This document shows positions 49,954 through 59,568 of a stretch of 64,000 bases of DNA, piece by piece. The notes beneath the pieces were generated by a model. That model was not told the origin of the DNA and did not search any database. It saw nothing but the letters and a program-made list of their open reading frames with translations. Location: NCBI GenBank assembly GCA_024679955.1, contig JAILCQ010000030.1:33482-97481 (forward strand), written 5' to 3'. Source of the DNA: Bacillota bacterium. Lineage in GTDB: Bacteria; Bacillota; Dehalobacteriia; UBA4068. A program made the position numbers and the translations under genes. Position 1 is the stretch's first letter, and the number at the start of each line of letters is the position of its first letter.

Positions 49954-50459
49954 TTTTCCGGCTCACTTTCTGCGGCGGAAAATTCATGGGCATAGACATT
50001 GTCCAAAATGCCGTTGATAAAGCCGGCGCTGTCGGCGGCGGAAAACTTTTTCGCCAACTCGATGGCCTCGTTGATCACTACCGTTACCGGCGTATCGATG
50101 GGATGCAGCATTTCCCCCACTGCCAAACGCAAAATGCAGCGATCCACGCCGGCAAAGCGGGAAACCTGCCAACCGCGGGCGTATTTCGACAGCATGGCGT
50201 CCACCTGTTCCCGGTCTTTGGCGGCGTTTTCCACCAAAGCTCGGGCAAAAGCCTGATTTTCCGGGCTGAGCCCCAAATCCTCGAACCAGCCCGCCGCCTG
50301 CTCAAAGCTGCCGCCGCCGATATCCATATGAAAGGCGGCGATCAGCGCGGCCTCCCGGGCCCGCCGTCTGGGAGCGGAAGACAGGTCTTTGAAATCTTCC
50401 AGATTCATCTCCCGGAATTTTGCTTCCGGCGTTCCTTCTATTTTTTCCTCTTGCGCCAT
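49950..50459 (-). CDS. nusB: Transcription antitermination factor NusB
   Basis: RRRARE, DRCILRLA, VINEAIELAK, FINGILD. Confidence 0.96.
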   Translation of the reverse strand: MAQEEKIEGTPEAKFREMNLEDFKDLSSAPRRRAREAALIAAFHMDIGGGSFEQAAGWFEDLGLSPENQAFARALVENAAKDREQVDAMLSKYARGWQVSRFAGVDRCILRLAVGEMLHPIDTPVTVVINEAIELAKKFSAADSAGFINGILDNVYAHEFSAAESEPEK

Positions 50460-50503
50460 GGGCCCTCCCGAATTTCAGCGGCGATCGTTATGGCCGTTGA
50501 TCG

Positions 50504-50719
50504 TTATTTTTTGAAAATCTGGTTTAAAGATTCGCTGATGTTCCATTTCTCGTCCAGCTTTTTGCCCAGGAAGATGCCGGCGGCGATACACAAACAAATA
50601 AACAGGGCTCTCCAAAAGCCATAGGTAATCACGCACAGGGCAAAAACCAAACCGATGCACCCGCAAACGATCGTCCATTTATGATCCCGCAAAAAGGTCA
50701 GAATCGTTTTGTCGTCCAT
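50504..50719 (-). CDS. DUF2273 small membrane protein
   Basis: GFWRALFI..G..LGKKLD; amaP-nusB synteny. Confidence 0.85.
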   Translation of the reverse strand: MDDKTILTFLRDHKWTIVCGCIGLVFALCVITYGFWRALFICLCIAAGIFLGKKLDEKWNISESLNQIFKK

Positions 50720-50736
50720 CCGCCAACCTCCTACTC

Positions 50737-51267
50737 CTATTTATCCACGATACTGTCCACAACCACTTTCATATCCGCCGGCACAATGCCCAGCATCGCC
50801 AGCATTTGTTCCTCTACCGTCGCTTTGGCGGCGGAGGCGGTGGCCGGTACGACGACGCCCTGGGGCACGGACAAGAACATCTGCACGCCCAAACCCTCGT
50901 CAATGACTTTCAACCGGCTGGACACGTCGCAAACGCCGGGCACATCGGCGGCGGCGCGTTTGATCACATTTTCCACGGCGGCCAAACTCACGTTGATCAC
51001 CGTGCCCTCGGAGCTTTCCACTTGCACCATTTGCGGCTTGGACTTCCGGTAAAAAACGCCGAACCAGGCGAGTATGCCCAGGATCAAAGCCAACAGCGCG
51101 ATGCCCAAAAGCAGCCATCTATAATTGGCGGATAAAAAGATCTGCGTGGCGCCGGTGAAAAAGGATTCGGCGATGCGCCCGTTGGTCACGAATACCGCGA
51201 TGGCCGCCGAAAGGCAAAGCAAAACCGTTCCCATAAGCGCCAACAGGATGCGACGAAAGACATTCAT
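50737..51267 (-). CDS. amaP: Asp23 membrane anchor AmaP
   Basis: Two TM segments plus an Asp23-like C-terminal domain; follows asp23. Confidence 0.8.
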   Translation of the reverse strand: MNVFRRILLALMGTVLLCLSAAIAVFVTNGRIAESFFTGATQIFLSANYRWLLLGIALLALILGILAWFGVFYRKSKPQMVQVESSEGTVINVSLAAVENVIKRAAADVPGVCDVSSRLKVIDEGLGVQMFLSVPQGVVVPATASAAKATVEEQMLAMLGIVPADMKVVVDSIVDK

Positions 51268-51308
51268 GATCGAACAAACCTCCTTGCTTCAGCAAGCCAA
51301 TCCGGCGT

Positions 51309-51710
51309 TTATTCCACCGTCGCTTCTTCTTTTACGGGGAAAGCGACGCCCTGGATATGGATATTGATGGTGCGGCAGGTAAGACCGGTCATGCTTTCCA
51401 CCGCGCTTTTTACTTTTTCCTGCACGTCGCCGGCCACTTTGGTAATGGCGTAACCGTATTCCACCACGCAAAAGATGTCGATATCCGTTTCCGTGTCGCC
51501 TACTTCTACTTTTATCCCTTTGGTCAAGTTTTTCCGTCCCAGCATTTGGGCTATGCCGCCGGTGATGCCGCCGCTCATGCCCGCCACGCCGGGCACGTCG
51601 CTGGCCGCCAGGCCGGCAATGGTAGCCACCACGTCGTTGGCGATTTTGATCGCGCCGCTGGCGCCGCCTTCCAAGGTTTTTTCCACTACTTTTTCATCGA
51701 TTTCCGTCAT
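51309..51710 (-). CDS. Asp23/Gls24 family protein (YqhY-like)
   Basis: IKIANDVVATIAGLAA, KNLTKGIKVEVG, VESMTGL, NIHIQG. Confidence 0.95.
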   Translation of the reverse strand: MTEIDEKVVEKTLEGGASGAIKIANDVVATIAGLAASDVPGVAGMSGGITGGIAQMLGRKNLTKGIKVEVGDTETDIDIFCVVEYGYAITKVAGDVQEKVKSAVESMTGLTCRTINIHIQGVAFPVKEEATVE

Positions 51711-51786
51711 TTGAATAACCCCCTTTTTTGATCATGGGACAGGTGATCCCAATGCAACGGATGCAAAAACATTGTTATATACAGTT

Positions 51787-51815
51787 ATTATAACAAACTT
51801 TTCACCGGTTTACAA
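51787..51815 (-). promoter_or_regulatory. sigmaA promoter of the asp23-nusB operon
   Basis: TTGTAA-N17-TATAAT with a TG motif, overlapping the spoIIIAH end. Confidence 0.65.
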
Positions 51816-52434
51816 TAATTACATTTTCATAACCGATATCGCATACGCTGTCGACGATTTCGGCGATCTGCATAGCTTCTGACGCATCTATTTCGCCGCC
51901 CACGATCACAGTTGCCTGTTTTTCACCGATAATCACCACGTTTTCGCCAAAATTTTTCGCTTTCATCAGTGTTTCCGCTTTGATTTCCTGACCATAGGTT
52001 TCGATCAGCGCCACTTTGCTTTGTTCCGCCGCCGCTTTGGCTTCCGCCCCGGCCTGTTCATCCGCTGCGATTCTTGTCAGCTCCGCCAATTCCCCGGCTT
52101 TCGTTTGCTCCCGCTGCAAACGGTAGGCGGCAAACAAAGAGGCGTCCCCTTCCCTTTCGGGATCCGTTTCCTCGTTTGCCGGCGCTTGTTCCGTTCCCGC
52201 CGCCGGGCTTTGGTTTTCTTCCGCCGCCGGGCCGTCCGCCGCTTGAACCTGAGCAAAGGCGGCGGAAATATCCGCCGCCGGCATTTCGCCGCCGATACCG
52301 CCGTCCAGGCCGCTGCCGGCCTGCTCCCATAGATACAGACCCAGGCATAAACCGACGAACAATACCAGGACGGCTTGGGGCAAGCGCCGGTTCCCTTTGC
52401 GGACGGCGCTTTTTTTCCAAGGGATTTTTTTCAT
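51802..52434 (-). CDS. spoIIIAH: Stage III sporulation protein AH
   Basis: FAAYRLQRE, ETLMKAK, QIAEIV; last gene of the operon. Confidence 0.9.
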   Translation of the reverse strand: MKKIPWKKSAVRKGNRRLPQAVLVLFVGLCLGLYLWEQAGSGLDGGIGGEMPAADISAAFAQVQAADGPAAEENQSPAAGTEQAPANEETDPEREGDASLFAAYRLQREQTKAGELAELTRIAADEQAGAEAKAAAEQSKVALIETYGQEIKAETLMKAKNFGENVVIIGEKQATVIVGGEIDASEAMQIAEIVDSVCDIGYENVIIVNR

Positions 52435-52482
52435 TTTTGCGCTCCTTTCTATTTTCCGTTTTATCCGTTGACCAAGCCGCGC

Positions 52483-53079
52483 CTATTCCCCGCCGCCCTT
52501 GCCTTCCACAATGGCGATGCGGTTGGCAGGCAAGGCCAATAAACTGCTGACCGCCTGATACAACCTTTCTTTCACCAACGGGTCTCCCGCGCCTTCCGAT
52601 ACCACGATCACCCCCTGTACCGGCGGATCGTTTTCCTGCAGCAGCACCGGGCCGTCCTCGCCCTGGGAGAGAGAGGTTTTCAGGCTGCTTTCCGCTTCGC
52701 CCTGCCGTTCTTCCCGGTCATAGGCGTACACCTTTTGCGGCCCCCCGGCATAGGTAAGGATGGCCTCCACTTTGCCGGCCCCCTTCACCTGCTGCAGCAG
52801 AGCCGTCAGTTCGGCGGTAAAATCCGCTGCTCCCGCCGGGGCGGCGCCGGTTTCTTCCGCCGGCGGCCCGGCTTTCGCGGATGGGGCTTGGGAACGTTCT
52901 CCGCCGGCAAACAGCATCAGCGCCGCCCCCAAAAGGAAAACCGCCAGCAATTTGCCGAGGGTTTTCTTTTCTTTGCCGCTTAAAGCCTGCCATTTTTCTT
53001 TCAGCCAATCGCTTTTGTCCTGCGCTTCCCGGGGGCTTTGCCCCGCGCAGGGCTTATCTCTATCTTCCTCTTCCTTCAC
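52483..53079 (-). CDS. spoIIIAG: Stage III sporulation protein AG
   Basis: VKGAGKV, P.VQGVIVVSEGAGD..VK, NRIAI; GTG start after GGAGGTG. Confidence 0.88.
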   Translation of the reverse strand: MKEEEDRDKPCAGQSPREAQDKSDWLKEKWQALSGKEKKTLGKLLAVFLLGAALMLFAGGERSQAPSAKAGPPAEETGAAPAGAADFTAELTALLQQVKGAGKVEAILTYAGGPQKVYAYDREERQGEAESSLKTSLSQGEDGPVLLQENDPPVQGVIVVSEGAGDPLVKERLYQAVSSLLALPANRIAIVEGKGGGE

Positions 53080-53596
53080 CGGCAGACACCTCCGATATCG
53101 TAATATTTTCTTCCGCCACGGCAAAAAAGCCGGACAATGAGGCAGACAGTTTTTGCCGGTCCAGGACGGCCCCTTCCCGGAGGAGGACGTTTACCTGCAG
53201 GCCGGTAAGGACGCCGCTTTGCGCGTCGATCTCCGGCCGGGCCCGGGCCTGCTCCACCCCTTCGTTCAGGCAAACCAACGCCTGAATCTGCCGGGACAAT
53301 TGGTCCAGATATTGATCGTAAGCCTGCCCCTGCAGATATACCGCCAGCGCCTCCCCCTGCTGCCGGTAGCTGTGGGGATCCTCCCTTGCCTCCGATTGGG
53401 GCCAGGGGATATCCGGATGCTGTTTCCAGGTTTCCCACAGGGCGCTCAACGGCTGCAGGATCACGGCGATCAGCAGCAAACCCAGGGCAAAACGGCTGAA
53501 TTTGGCCAATTCCCCCGACGGCAACAACAAATCCAGGCAGGCGCTGAGCAGGAGCAAAGCGGCCACGCCCCGGACGATTTCCGCCACAGTCTCCAT
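53060..53596 (-). CDS. spoIIIAF: Stage III sporulation protein AF
   Basis: DLLLPSG...KF.RFALGLLLIAVILQP. Confidence 0.88.
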   Translation of the reverse strand: METVAEIVRGVAALLLLSACLDLLLPSGELAKFSRFALGLLLIAVILQPLSALWETWKQHPDIPWPQSEAREDPHSYRQQGEALAVYLQGQAYDQYLDQLSRQIQALVCLNEGVEQARARPEIDAQSGVLTGLQVNVLLREGAVLDRQKLSASLSGFFAVAEENITISEVSAGEGRGR

Positions 53597-53608
53597 GCTC
53601 CCCTCCTT

Positions 53609-54889
53609 TCAGCGCATCATCAGGCTGACATTGCCCAAAGCCACCAGCAACACGATCAAAAAAAAAGCAAACAAACCGCTGACGGCCAAAACGGCGAAGA
53701 CCAAGGTCAAATATTTTCCCACACAGGTGAGGGAATCGGCCAGGATCGCGTCGCCCAAAGGCTGGGCCACCGCACCCGCCAGTTTGAACAGCCAGGATTG
53801 CAGCAGGATGCGCAAGGCCGGCAAAGCGCAAAGGACGACCAAAACCCCGGCGGCCACCACGCCCAGCCAGTTTTTCAGCATTCCCAAACCGGCCAAAACG
53901 CTGTCCAGGGTATCCGCCAAAGTACCGCCAACCACGGGAATAAAAATGCCGGCGGCGGTTTTGGCCGCTTTCACCGACAAACCGCCTACGGAAGCCGCCG
54001 CAAAACCGGATACGCCCAAAACGCCGCAAAACAGCGCCGTGCTCAGGCTGAACAAAGACATGGCCGTATCCTTCAGCAGCCCCGCCAGCTTATCCACGGA
54101 TAGGCTGGGGCTGAAGCGGCTCAACAGGCTCAATATGGCGGAAAAGAAGATCAGCGGGTATACCACTTTTTGGATCAATAGCAGGTTCATGCTCAAGGCC
54201 GCCGTCAAAAGCGGATCCACCGCCGCAGCCGCCGCGCCGCCGCCCAAAGCCGCCAGCAAGGGCAGCAGCACCGGCAGCATCACGCAAACGAAATCGCCGA
54301 TCCGATCCACCGTAGCGCCGGCCTGGGCCAAAGTCCGGCTGAACAGCGCCGTCACCGGAGCCAGCACCAATAAATAGGCTACAAAGGAGCCGATTTTGCC
54401 GACGCTGCCGCCCAAACTGTTTTTCAGCGCGGCCATCAGTGCGCATAGCAGGGACAAGGCGACGATTTGCCAGATGAAACGGGCCTGGGAGAACAACTCT
54501 CCCCAAAGCAATTGTCCCAAAGCGTCAAACATGCGGGAAAAGCCGCCGGAAAAATCTCCGTCTTTCAAATCCTGCCACAGCTCACTGAAGCGAAAACCGG
54601 TTTCTTCCGTGGAGAATTGATCGTCCAAATGTTCCAAAAACGAAGTCAGATCCCCGCTGTCCACCATATCCCAAATCTGCCGCTCTGCCCTGTCTCCGTC
54701 CAAAGCCTGCGGGCGCGTTCCCTCCGCCGGGCCGTCCGCGCTTTGCGCCAGGGCGGGCGGCCAAGCGCAGGCGAGACAAAGCAGCCACAGCAAAGCGGCC
54801 AGGACGCAGGCCGGCAGCAGTCCGCGCCAAGGCCTCCGGCTCCGATTTTTGCCGCCAACGGCCTCTGTTCCGGCGGCTTTTCCCGGCAT
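53609..54889 (-). CDS. spoIIIAE: Stage III sporulation protein AE
   Basis: LPVLLPLLAALGG, FIPVVG..LAD, QPLGD; multi-TM; start trimmed. Confidence 0.9.
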   Translation of the reverse strand: MPGKAAGTEAVGGKNRSRRPWRGLLPACVLAALLWLLCLACAWPPALAQSADGPAEGTRPQALDGDRAERQIWDMVDSGDLTSFLEHLDDQFSTEETGFRFSELWQDLKDGDFSGGFSRMFDALGQLLWGELFSQARFIWQIVALSLLCALMAALKNSLGGSVGKIGSFVAYLLVLAPVTALFSRTLAQAGATVDRIGDFVCVMLPVLLPLLAALGGGAAAAAVDPLLTAALSMNLLLIQKVVYPLIFFSAILSLLSRFSPSLSVDKLAGLLKDTAMSLFSLSTALFCGVLGVSGFAAASVGGLSVKAAKTAAGIFIPVVGGTLADTLDSVLAGLGMLKNWLGVVAAGVLVVLCALPALRILLQSWLFKLAGAVAQPLGDAILADSLTCVGKYLTLVFAVLAVSGLFAFFLIVLLVALGNVSLMMR

Positions 54890-54903
54890 AGCCCATCCCC
54901 CTT

Positions 54904-55302
54904 TCAGGACAATACCTCCATCACCGATTGCACCACCCCGGCAATGATCGGCAAAGCCAACAGCAATATGGCCGCTTTCGCCGCCAACTCGATTTTCATG
55001 GCCAGGGCGTTTTGCCCGGCGTCCCGGCACAATTGACCGGCGAATTCCCCCACATAGGCCACGCCGATGATTTTCAGCATCAGCGACAGATAATAGCTGT
55101 CCACGCCGGACAAAAGGGCGATATCGCCGAATTCCTGCAGCAAAACGCCGAAATAGGGCAAAAGCTTCAGGAACAGTACGCCGCCCGCCGCCAAAGCGGC
55201 CAAAACGCTCAAAGCCGCCAGTTTGCTGTCTTTGAGAAAAACCGTGATCAGCGAAGAGATCACCGCCACCGCCGCCAAAGCCAGCAAAACGCTTCCTTCC
55301 AT
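54904..55302 (-). CDS. spoIIIAD: Stage III sporulation protein AD
   Basis: LKIIGVAYVGEFAGQLCRDAGQ..LA.KIELA.K. Confidence 0.95.
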   Translation of the reverse strand: MEGSVLLALAAVAVISSLITVFLKDSKLAALSVLAALAAGGVLFLKLLPYFGVLLQEFGDIALLSGVDSYYLSLMLKIIGVAYVGEFAGQLCRDAGQNALAMKIELAAKAAILLLALPIIAGVVQSVMEVLS

Positions 55303-55314
55303 GGCTTTCCCCCG

Positions 55315-55515
55315 TCAATAAAGATTGAACACCGACTCCACGCCGGCAAACAGTTGCTGTATCACCGGCAATACCCGAAGCAAGCCCAGGGCCAGCCCCA
55401 CCACCAGGGTCAAATAGGCGTACTCATCCCGGCCGGCTTGTTTCAGAAAGGTATGCAATATGGTCACGGCGATGGCCAAAGCCAATAAAAAAAAGATGAT
55501 CGATATGTCTTCCAT
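55315..55515 (-). CDS. spoIIIAC: Stage III sporulation protein AC
   Basis: LKQAGRDEYA; 66 aa. Confidence 0.92.
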   Translation of the reverse strand: MEDISIIFFLLALAIAVTILHTFLKQAGRDEYAYLTLVVGLALGLLRVLPVIQQLFAGVESVFNLY

Positions 55516-55560
55516 AAAAGCGCCACCTCTTTCCCGTCTTTTTTCGTTCGCGGCCACGGC

Positions 55561-56070
55561 TCACAGCAGCAGCAAAGCCGTTACCAACCCGCAGCCCCAA
55601 CTGAGGCAGCGCCACACCCGGCAAAAGCTTCCGGCGTAGGCCGCGGCTTCCTGCTCCTGCCCGGCCAGGGCCAAACGGGTCAATTCCAGCATTTGCAACT
55701 GTTCCTGCCGGCCGGTCAATCCCAATTGGGGGCCCAAAGCCAAAAGGATCTGCCTGTCCTTCTCCTGCAGGCCGCCGGGCCAATCCGCAAGACAGTCCCG
55801 CCAGATATCTCCGGCGGTGCGGCCTTGCCCCAGGGCCAAAGCCTGGGCGGCGGCGCGAAACAAGGGAGCGGCGGCGCCGGCCGCGGCCGCCGCGCCGGCC
55901 ATGGCCCGGGACAATGGCAGATCCGCATAAGCGATTTGGTTGGACCAACTGAGTAGTCCCTGCTGCAAACCGAAGAGCAGGCGGCAGCGGTATTGCAAAC
56001 GGCCGGCGGCCACATGGCCCACGCCTGCCGACGCGGCCACGATCAGCGCGCCGCCCAGCAGCTTAAGCAC
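55561..56070 (-). CDS. spoIIIAB: Stage III sporulation protein AB
   Basis: MLKLLGGALI, IAY...PL, LG.T..QEQ; operon position. Confidence 0.88.
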   Translation of the reverse strand: MLKLLGGALIVAASAGVGHVAAGRLQYRCRLLFGLQQGLLSWSNQIAYADLPLSRAMAGAAAAAGAAAPLFRAAAQALALGQGRTAGDIWRDCLADWPGGLQEKDRQILLALGPQLGLTGRQEQLQMLELTRLALAGQEQEAAAYAGSFCRVWRCLSWGCGLVTALLLL

Positions 56071-57034
56071 ATTCGTTCCGGGAACGCTCCACCGGCCTCA
56101 TTTCCCCGTCCAGCACCGTTTCCACCGTGCCCGGCCCCAAGCGCCGGGAAAGAAAGACAAACCGGCCGAAGGCTTTGTCCGCCAGCAATTGTCGCAAGGC
56201 GGGGCGGCGGGCCAAATCCTCTCCCGGCGCGCCGTGAGCGGTAGCGATCACCTTGACGCCGGCATGGGCCGCTTCTGCGATGGCGGCCACATCCTCCGGC
56301 CTGCCGATCTCATCGCACAGCACCGCTTGCGGCCCCATGGAACGCAGCAGCATCATCAGGCCTTCCGCCTTGGGACAGCCGTCCAGCACATAGCTGCGGG
56401 GCCCTACCGGCAATGGGGGAACGCCCAAACGCAAAGCGGCCAGCTCCGAACGCTCGTCGACGACGCCGCAGCACAGGGCCTCTCCCATGGCGCCGGAACT
56501 GAGCAAACAGGCCATGTCCCGCAGCATGGTGGTTTTCCCCGCCCGGGGCGGCGCCACCAGCAGCGTGTGGCACAGCCGGCCTTGGGCGTCCGCCAGCAAA
56601 GGCAGCAACGGCCTGGCCAAACCGGGGATATGCCTGGCCAAACGGATATTGACGGCGGACAGATCCTTCAAGGTCCGCACCTGCCCCTTTTCCAATACCG
56701 CCCGGCCGGTGATACCGGCCCGATGTCCGCCGGGCAAGGTGACGTAACCCCGGCGCAATTCCTCGGCCAGAGCATAATAAGAAGAATCGGTGATCAGCAA
56801 TACGCTTTTGCCGAAATCCCCGGCGCTGAAACGGCAGCCCGCCTCCGGCTCCCGGCTGAGCCCGCCCCGGCCGTTCAGCCATCCTTCCCGGGTGTGAAAA
56901 CGCAGCAAAACCGGGTGCTCCGGCCGCAGGCGTATCTCTTCCAGCTCCGCTAAAAGCGCCGGCGGCAAATCGTTCAGGTATTGCCGCCAAGCCTCGGGCA
57001 AATAGGGCGTCACTTGTTTATATGTCTCATCCAT
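56063..57034 (-). CDS. spoIIIAA: Stage III sporulation protein AA (ATPase)
   Basis: EEIRLR, GYVTLPGGHR, PPRAGKTT, VDERSE, DEIG, TAHG. Confidence 0.96.
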   Translation of the reverse strand: MDETYKQVTPYLPEAWRQYLNDLPPALLAELEEIRLRPEHPVLLRFHTREGWLNGRGGLSREPEAGCRFSAGDFGKSVLLITDSSYYALAEELRRGYVTLPGGHRAGITGRAVLEKGQVRTLKDLSAVNIRLARHIPGLARPLLPLLADAQGRLCHTLLVAPPRAGKTTMLRDMACLLSSGAMGEALCCGVVDERSELAALRLGVPPLPVGPRSYVLDGCPKAEGLMMLLRSMGPQAVLCDEIGRPEDVAAIAEAAHAGVKVIATAHGAPGEDLARRPALRQLLADKAFGRFVFLSRRLGPGTVETVLDGEMRPVERSRNECA

Positions 57035-57078
57035 ACGATCCCCTCTTCCCTCGTTCCACTTGTCCAGCTATGTATCAC

Positions 57079-57107
57079 AGTATATGGAAACCGCCTGCGC
57101 CGTAGAA
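57079..57107 (-). promoter_or_regulatory. sigmaE promoter of the spoIIIA operon
   Basis: TTCTACG-N14-CATATACT; spoIIIA is an established sigmaE target. Confidence 0.7.
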
Positions 57108-57196
57108 CCAAAGGGCAAAGATAAACCGGCAAAAGCAAAATAAATACAAAAAAGGAAAGCATCTGTCCATTGGTCTGCCCAAAAGCCGGGGCATAC

Positions 57197-57232
57197 AAAA
57201 AAGCCCGCGTCTTTTAAAAAGACACAGGCTTT
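57197..57232 (-). terminator. Terminator after the DUF3343 gene
   Basis: AAGCC.G.GTCTTTT/AAAAGAC.C.GGCTT stem with a U-tract. Confidence 0.6.
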
Positions 57233-57290
57233 CTGCATACCCCAAAATATTGCCGTCTTTATTCGTTTTTCCTTCCGTCCGCAGGGCAAA

Positions 57291-57539
57291 CTACAAGGTT
57301 TGGGGAATATAATCGCCGTTTTCCAACGCATACAGATGATAACCCGGCTCCGCCTCCTGCAGCAGCCCGTCCAATTGGGCCCGGTCCTGGGTTTTGAGTT
57401 TGATGGCGAAACCGCAGCCGCTGGTGATTTGCCGGGGCGTGGGCATCAATTGCGACTGAAACATCCCCTTCAGCCGTTTTTCCATGGCGATGGCCTGATG
57501 CGTGGAGTCAAAGGTGATCACAAAACAACCGCTAGCCAT
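57291..57539 (-). CDS. DUF3343 putative Se/S carrier
   Basis: ITFDSTHQAI..EK, PTPRQITSGCG. Confidence 0.9.
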   Translation of the reverse strand: MASGCFVITFDSTHQAIAMEKRLKGMFQSQLMPTPRQITSGCGFAIKLKTQDRAQLDGLLQEAEPGYHLYALENGDYIPQTL

Positions 57540-57554
57540 AGTCGCTCCTTATCC

Positions 57555-58139
57555 TTAAATAAAGATGCAATTGGCGGCGTTGTTCATTTTCTCCACAAAC
57601 ATAAACATATTGCCCACTTTGCCGATGGCCAAACGTTCGCTCAGATCATAGAAATTCAGGCAAGCGCCGCAAGCAAAGATCTCCACACCCTGTGCTTCCA
57701 ACGTGGCCAAAGTATCCAGTACCGGGCTGTCCTGGCAAGCCAGGAATACGCCGCCGTTGACGAAAATCAGGGATTGGGGTTTGGGATTGGCTTCCGTCAA
57801 AGCATACAGATAGCTCTTCATCAGGTTTTCGCCCAATTCGTCGCTGCCTTTGCCGAAGGTCTTGGCGCTTACCACCACCACCGGCCGTTTGCTGTCTTCC
57901 CCGCCGTCACTGCCGGCATGTTTCTGCAGATGCACCACATAGACGCCGTCTTCCGTCTCGGAAGAAAAGCCCAGGCCTTTGTCTTCGGCATAAGAGCGCA
58001 AATTGTTGAAAGCCACCGCATTGTCTACCCGGACGGTCAAAATGCCTTCCGTAAAAGTGTCCAGTATCTTTTTGGATTCAATGATCGGTTTGGGACATTG
58101 CCAACCTATGGCGTTCAATTCTTTTTGTTCCATTTTCAT
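57555..58139 (-). CDS. yedF: Sulfurtransferase-like selenium metabolism protein YedF (TusA + DsrE domains)
   Basis: CPKP, VDNAVA..NL, GSDELG..LMK, CGACL..Y, G.VGNM. Confidence 0.9.
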   Translation of the reverse strand: MKMEQKELNAIGWQCPKPIIESKKILDTFTEGILTVRVDNAVAFNNLRSYAEDKGLGFSSETEDGVYVVHLQKHAGSDGGEDSKRPVVVVSAKTFGKGSDELGENLMKSYLYALTEANPKPQSLIFVNGGVFLACQDSPVLDTLATLEAQGVEIFACGACLNFYDLSERLAIGKVGNMFMFVEKMNNAANCIFI

Positions 58140-58235
58140 ACCCTACCTTATCTGTAGTTTCGTTTATCTGGTTTATTCCATGGTAGTATACATTCTTTTT
58201 CCGTACACATGCATGGATACATCGGCTTCGTATTT

Positions 58236-58264
58236 ATTATACTCATTAAAATATAGAATCACAA
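58236..58264 (-). promoter_or_regulatory. sigmaA promoter for yedF-DUF3343
   Basis: TTGTGA-N17-TATAAT overlapping the radical SAM stop. Confidence 0.55.
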
Positions 58265-59568
58265 TCCTTTTTTCGTGAATATAATGTTTTTCCCTGGCTG
58301 GCTGTCAGGTTCAAGGCGCAAAAGGGGATCAGCGACCGGTCCGGCCGGGCCACATAAACCCGGCAGCGGCGCAAACGCTGCAAATCCAGGCTCAGGCCGT
58401 CCTGAAAGGCCATGGCGGAAAGGGAAAAGCCGTTTTGCACCCGTTGATCCAGCCAGGTGGGGAAAGAGCAGCACCAGGCGCCGTCCCGGTGGCCGCTTTG
58501 CCAATTGACGGCCAGGTGGCGGCGGGAGCGGTCCATACCGCCGCAGCAGCCGCCGCTGCCTACGGAAACCACCTTTTGCCCGTCGTAAATAAAGCTGCCC
58601 TGAAAAGCGCATAACGGATGGGCGGTGGCCAAGGGGCTAAAATGTTCCCGGCGCAGCAAGCCCCGGCTTTGCGCCGTCAATTGCCGCATACATTCGTCCA
58701 GCGTGGGGCCGGCGGCCAGGCCGGGATGGCGGCCGCTGTAGCATACCGGCTGCAAATGCAGCCCGCGGATATGGGGCAGGTTTTCCAGCATCAAAAAAAA
58801 GCAGGGGCCGATCTGCTCCATGTTGACCCCGGATACCGCCGTAAAGGCCAACACCACCGGCAGCTTGGCCCGGCGGCAGGCGGCCAAGGCCGCCATTTTG
58901 ATATCCAGCAGCTTTTCGCCCCGCAACGTTTGATACACTTGGTCGTCCAGGCCATCGAATTGCAGAAAAACCGCGGACAAGCCCGCCGCCGCCAAAGTTT
59001 CAGCATACCGAGCCTCCCCAGCCAGGCGTTTGCCGTTGGTATTCAACTGCACATAGGGAAAGCCTTTGTCCCGGGCCAGGGCGATGATTTGCGGCAAATC
59101 CCGGCGCAAAGTGGGCTCGCCGCCGGAAAGCTGCAGATTGTAGGGCTGCCTGCCCTGGCTGCGCTGCAGCAAAAAATCCAACATGGATGTGATTTGCGAT
59201 AGATCCGGCGGCGGATCCGCCCCTTCCCCGGAGGCCGCGTAGCAATAGGGGCAATGCTGGTCGCAATCGCCGGTCAGTTCCAGCAATACGCAGCAGGCGT
59301 CCTGCAAATGGGCCTGGCAAATGCCGCAATCAAAGGGGCAGCCCCAAAGGGCAGGCCGCTCCCAGGGGCCGGCCTGCGCTTCCCCGCCCTGCCGCAGCCA
59401 GGCCAGATACCCGTCCTCGTCCTGCCAGATCAGACGGCTGAAAGCGCCGTGTTCCGGGCATATCTTTTCCAAATATACCCGATGCTCCCGGGCGACGATC
59501 TGCGCCGGCAAGCGGGTCAAACATACCGGACACAAACTGGCCGTGCGTTCCAGTATTTTTTCCCCCAT
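58246..59568 (-). CDS. Radical SAM protein, COG1964/TrsS (Tes/MJ0619-related) family
   Basis: SLCPVC..CPEHG, GCPFDCGICQAH, CDQHCPYC, SGGEPT, NTNG, LQFDG, HPLC, MAFQD, IPFC. Confidence 0.88.
   Translation of the reverse strand: MGEKILERTASLCPVCLTRLPAQIVAREHRVYLEKICPEHGAFSRLIWQDEDGYLAWLRQGGEAQAGPWERPALWGCPFDCGICQAHLQDACCVLLELTGDCDQHCPYCYAASGEGADPPPDLSQITSMLDFLLQRSQGRQPYNLQLSGGEPTLRRDLPQIIALARDKGFPYVQLNTNGKRLAGEARYAETLAAAGLSAVFLQFDGLDDQVYQTLRGEKLLDIKMAALAACRRAKLPVVLAFTAVSGVNMEQIGPCFFLMLENLPHIRGLHLQPVCYSGRHPGLAAGPTLDECMRQLTAQSRGLLRREHFSPLATAHPLCAFQGSFIYDGQKVVSVGSGGCCGGMDRSRRHLAVNWQSGHRDGAWCCSFPTWLDQRVQNGFSLSAMAFQDGLSLDLQRLRRCRVYVARPDRSLIPFCALNLTASQGKTLYSRKKDCDSIF

Noticed and set aside
55300-55317. 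spoIIIAC TGA in frame with spoIIIAD (possible Sec or readthrough)
   Set aside because: Both proteins are normal length, spoIIIAD has its own RBS, there is no Cys-equivalent position, and in-frame spacing is a 1-in-3 chance.
53609-55318. 569-aa SpoIIIAE/AD fusion-like ORF
   Set aside because: The upstream part is an off-frame reading of spoIIIAD; SpoIIIAE likely starts near 54889.
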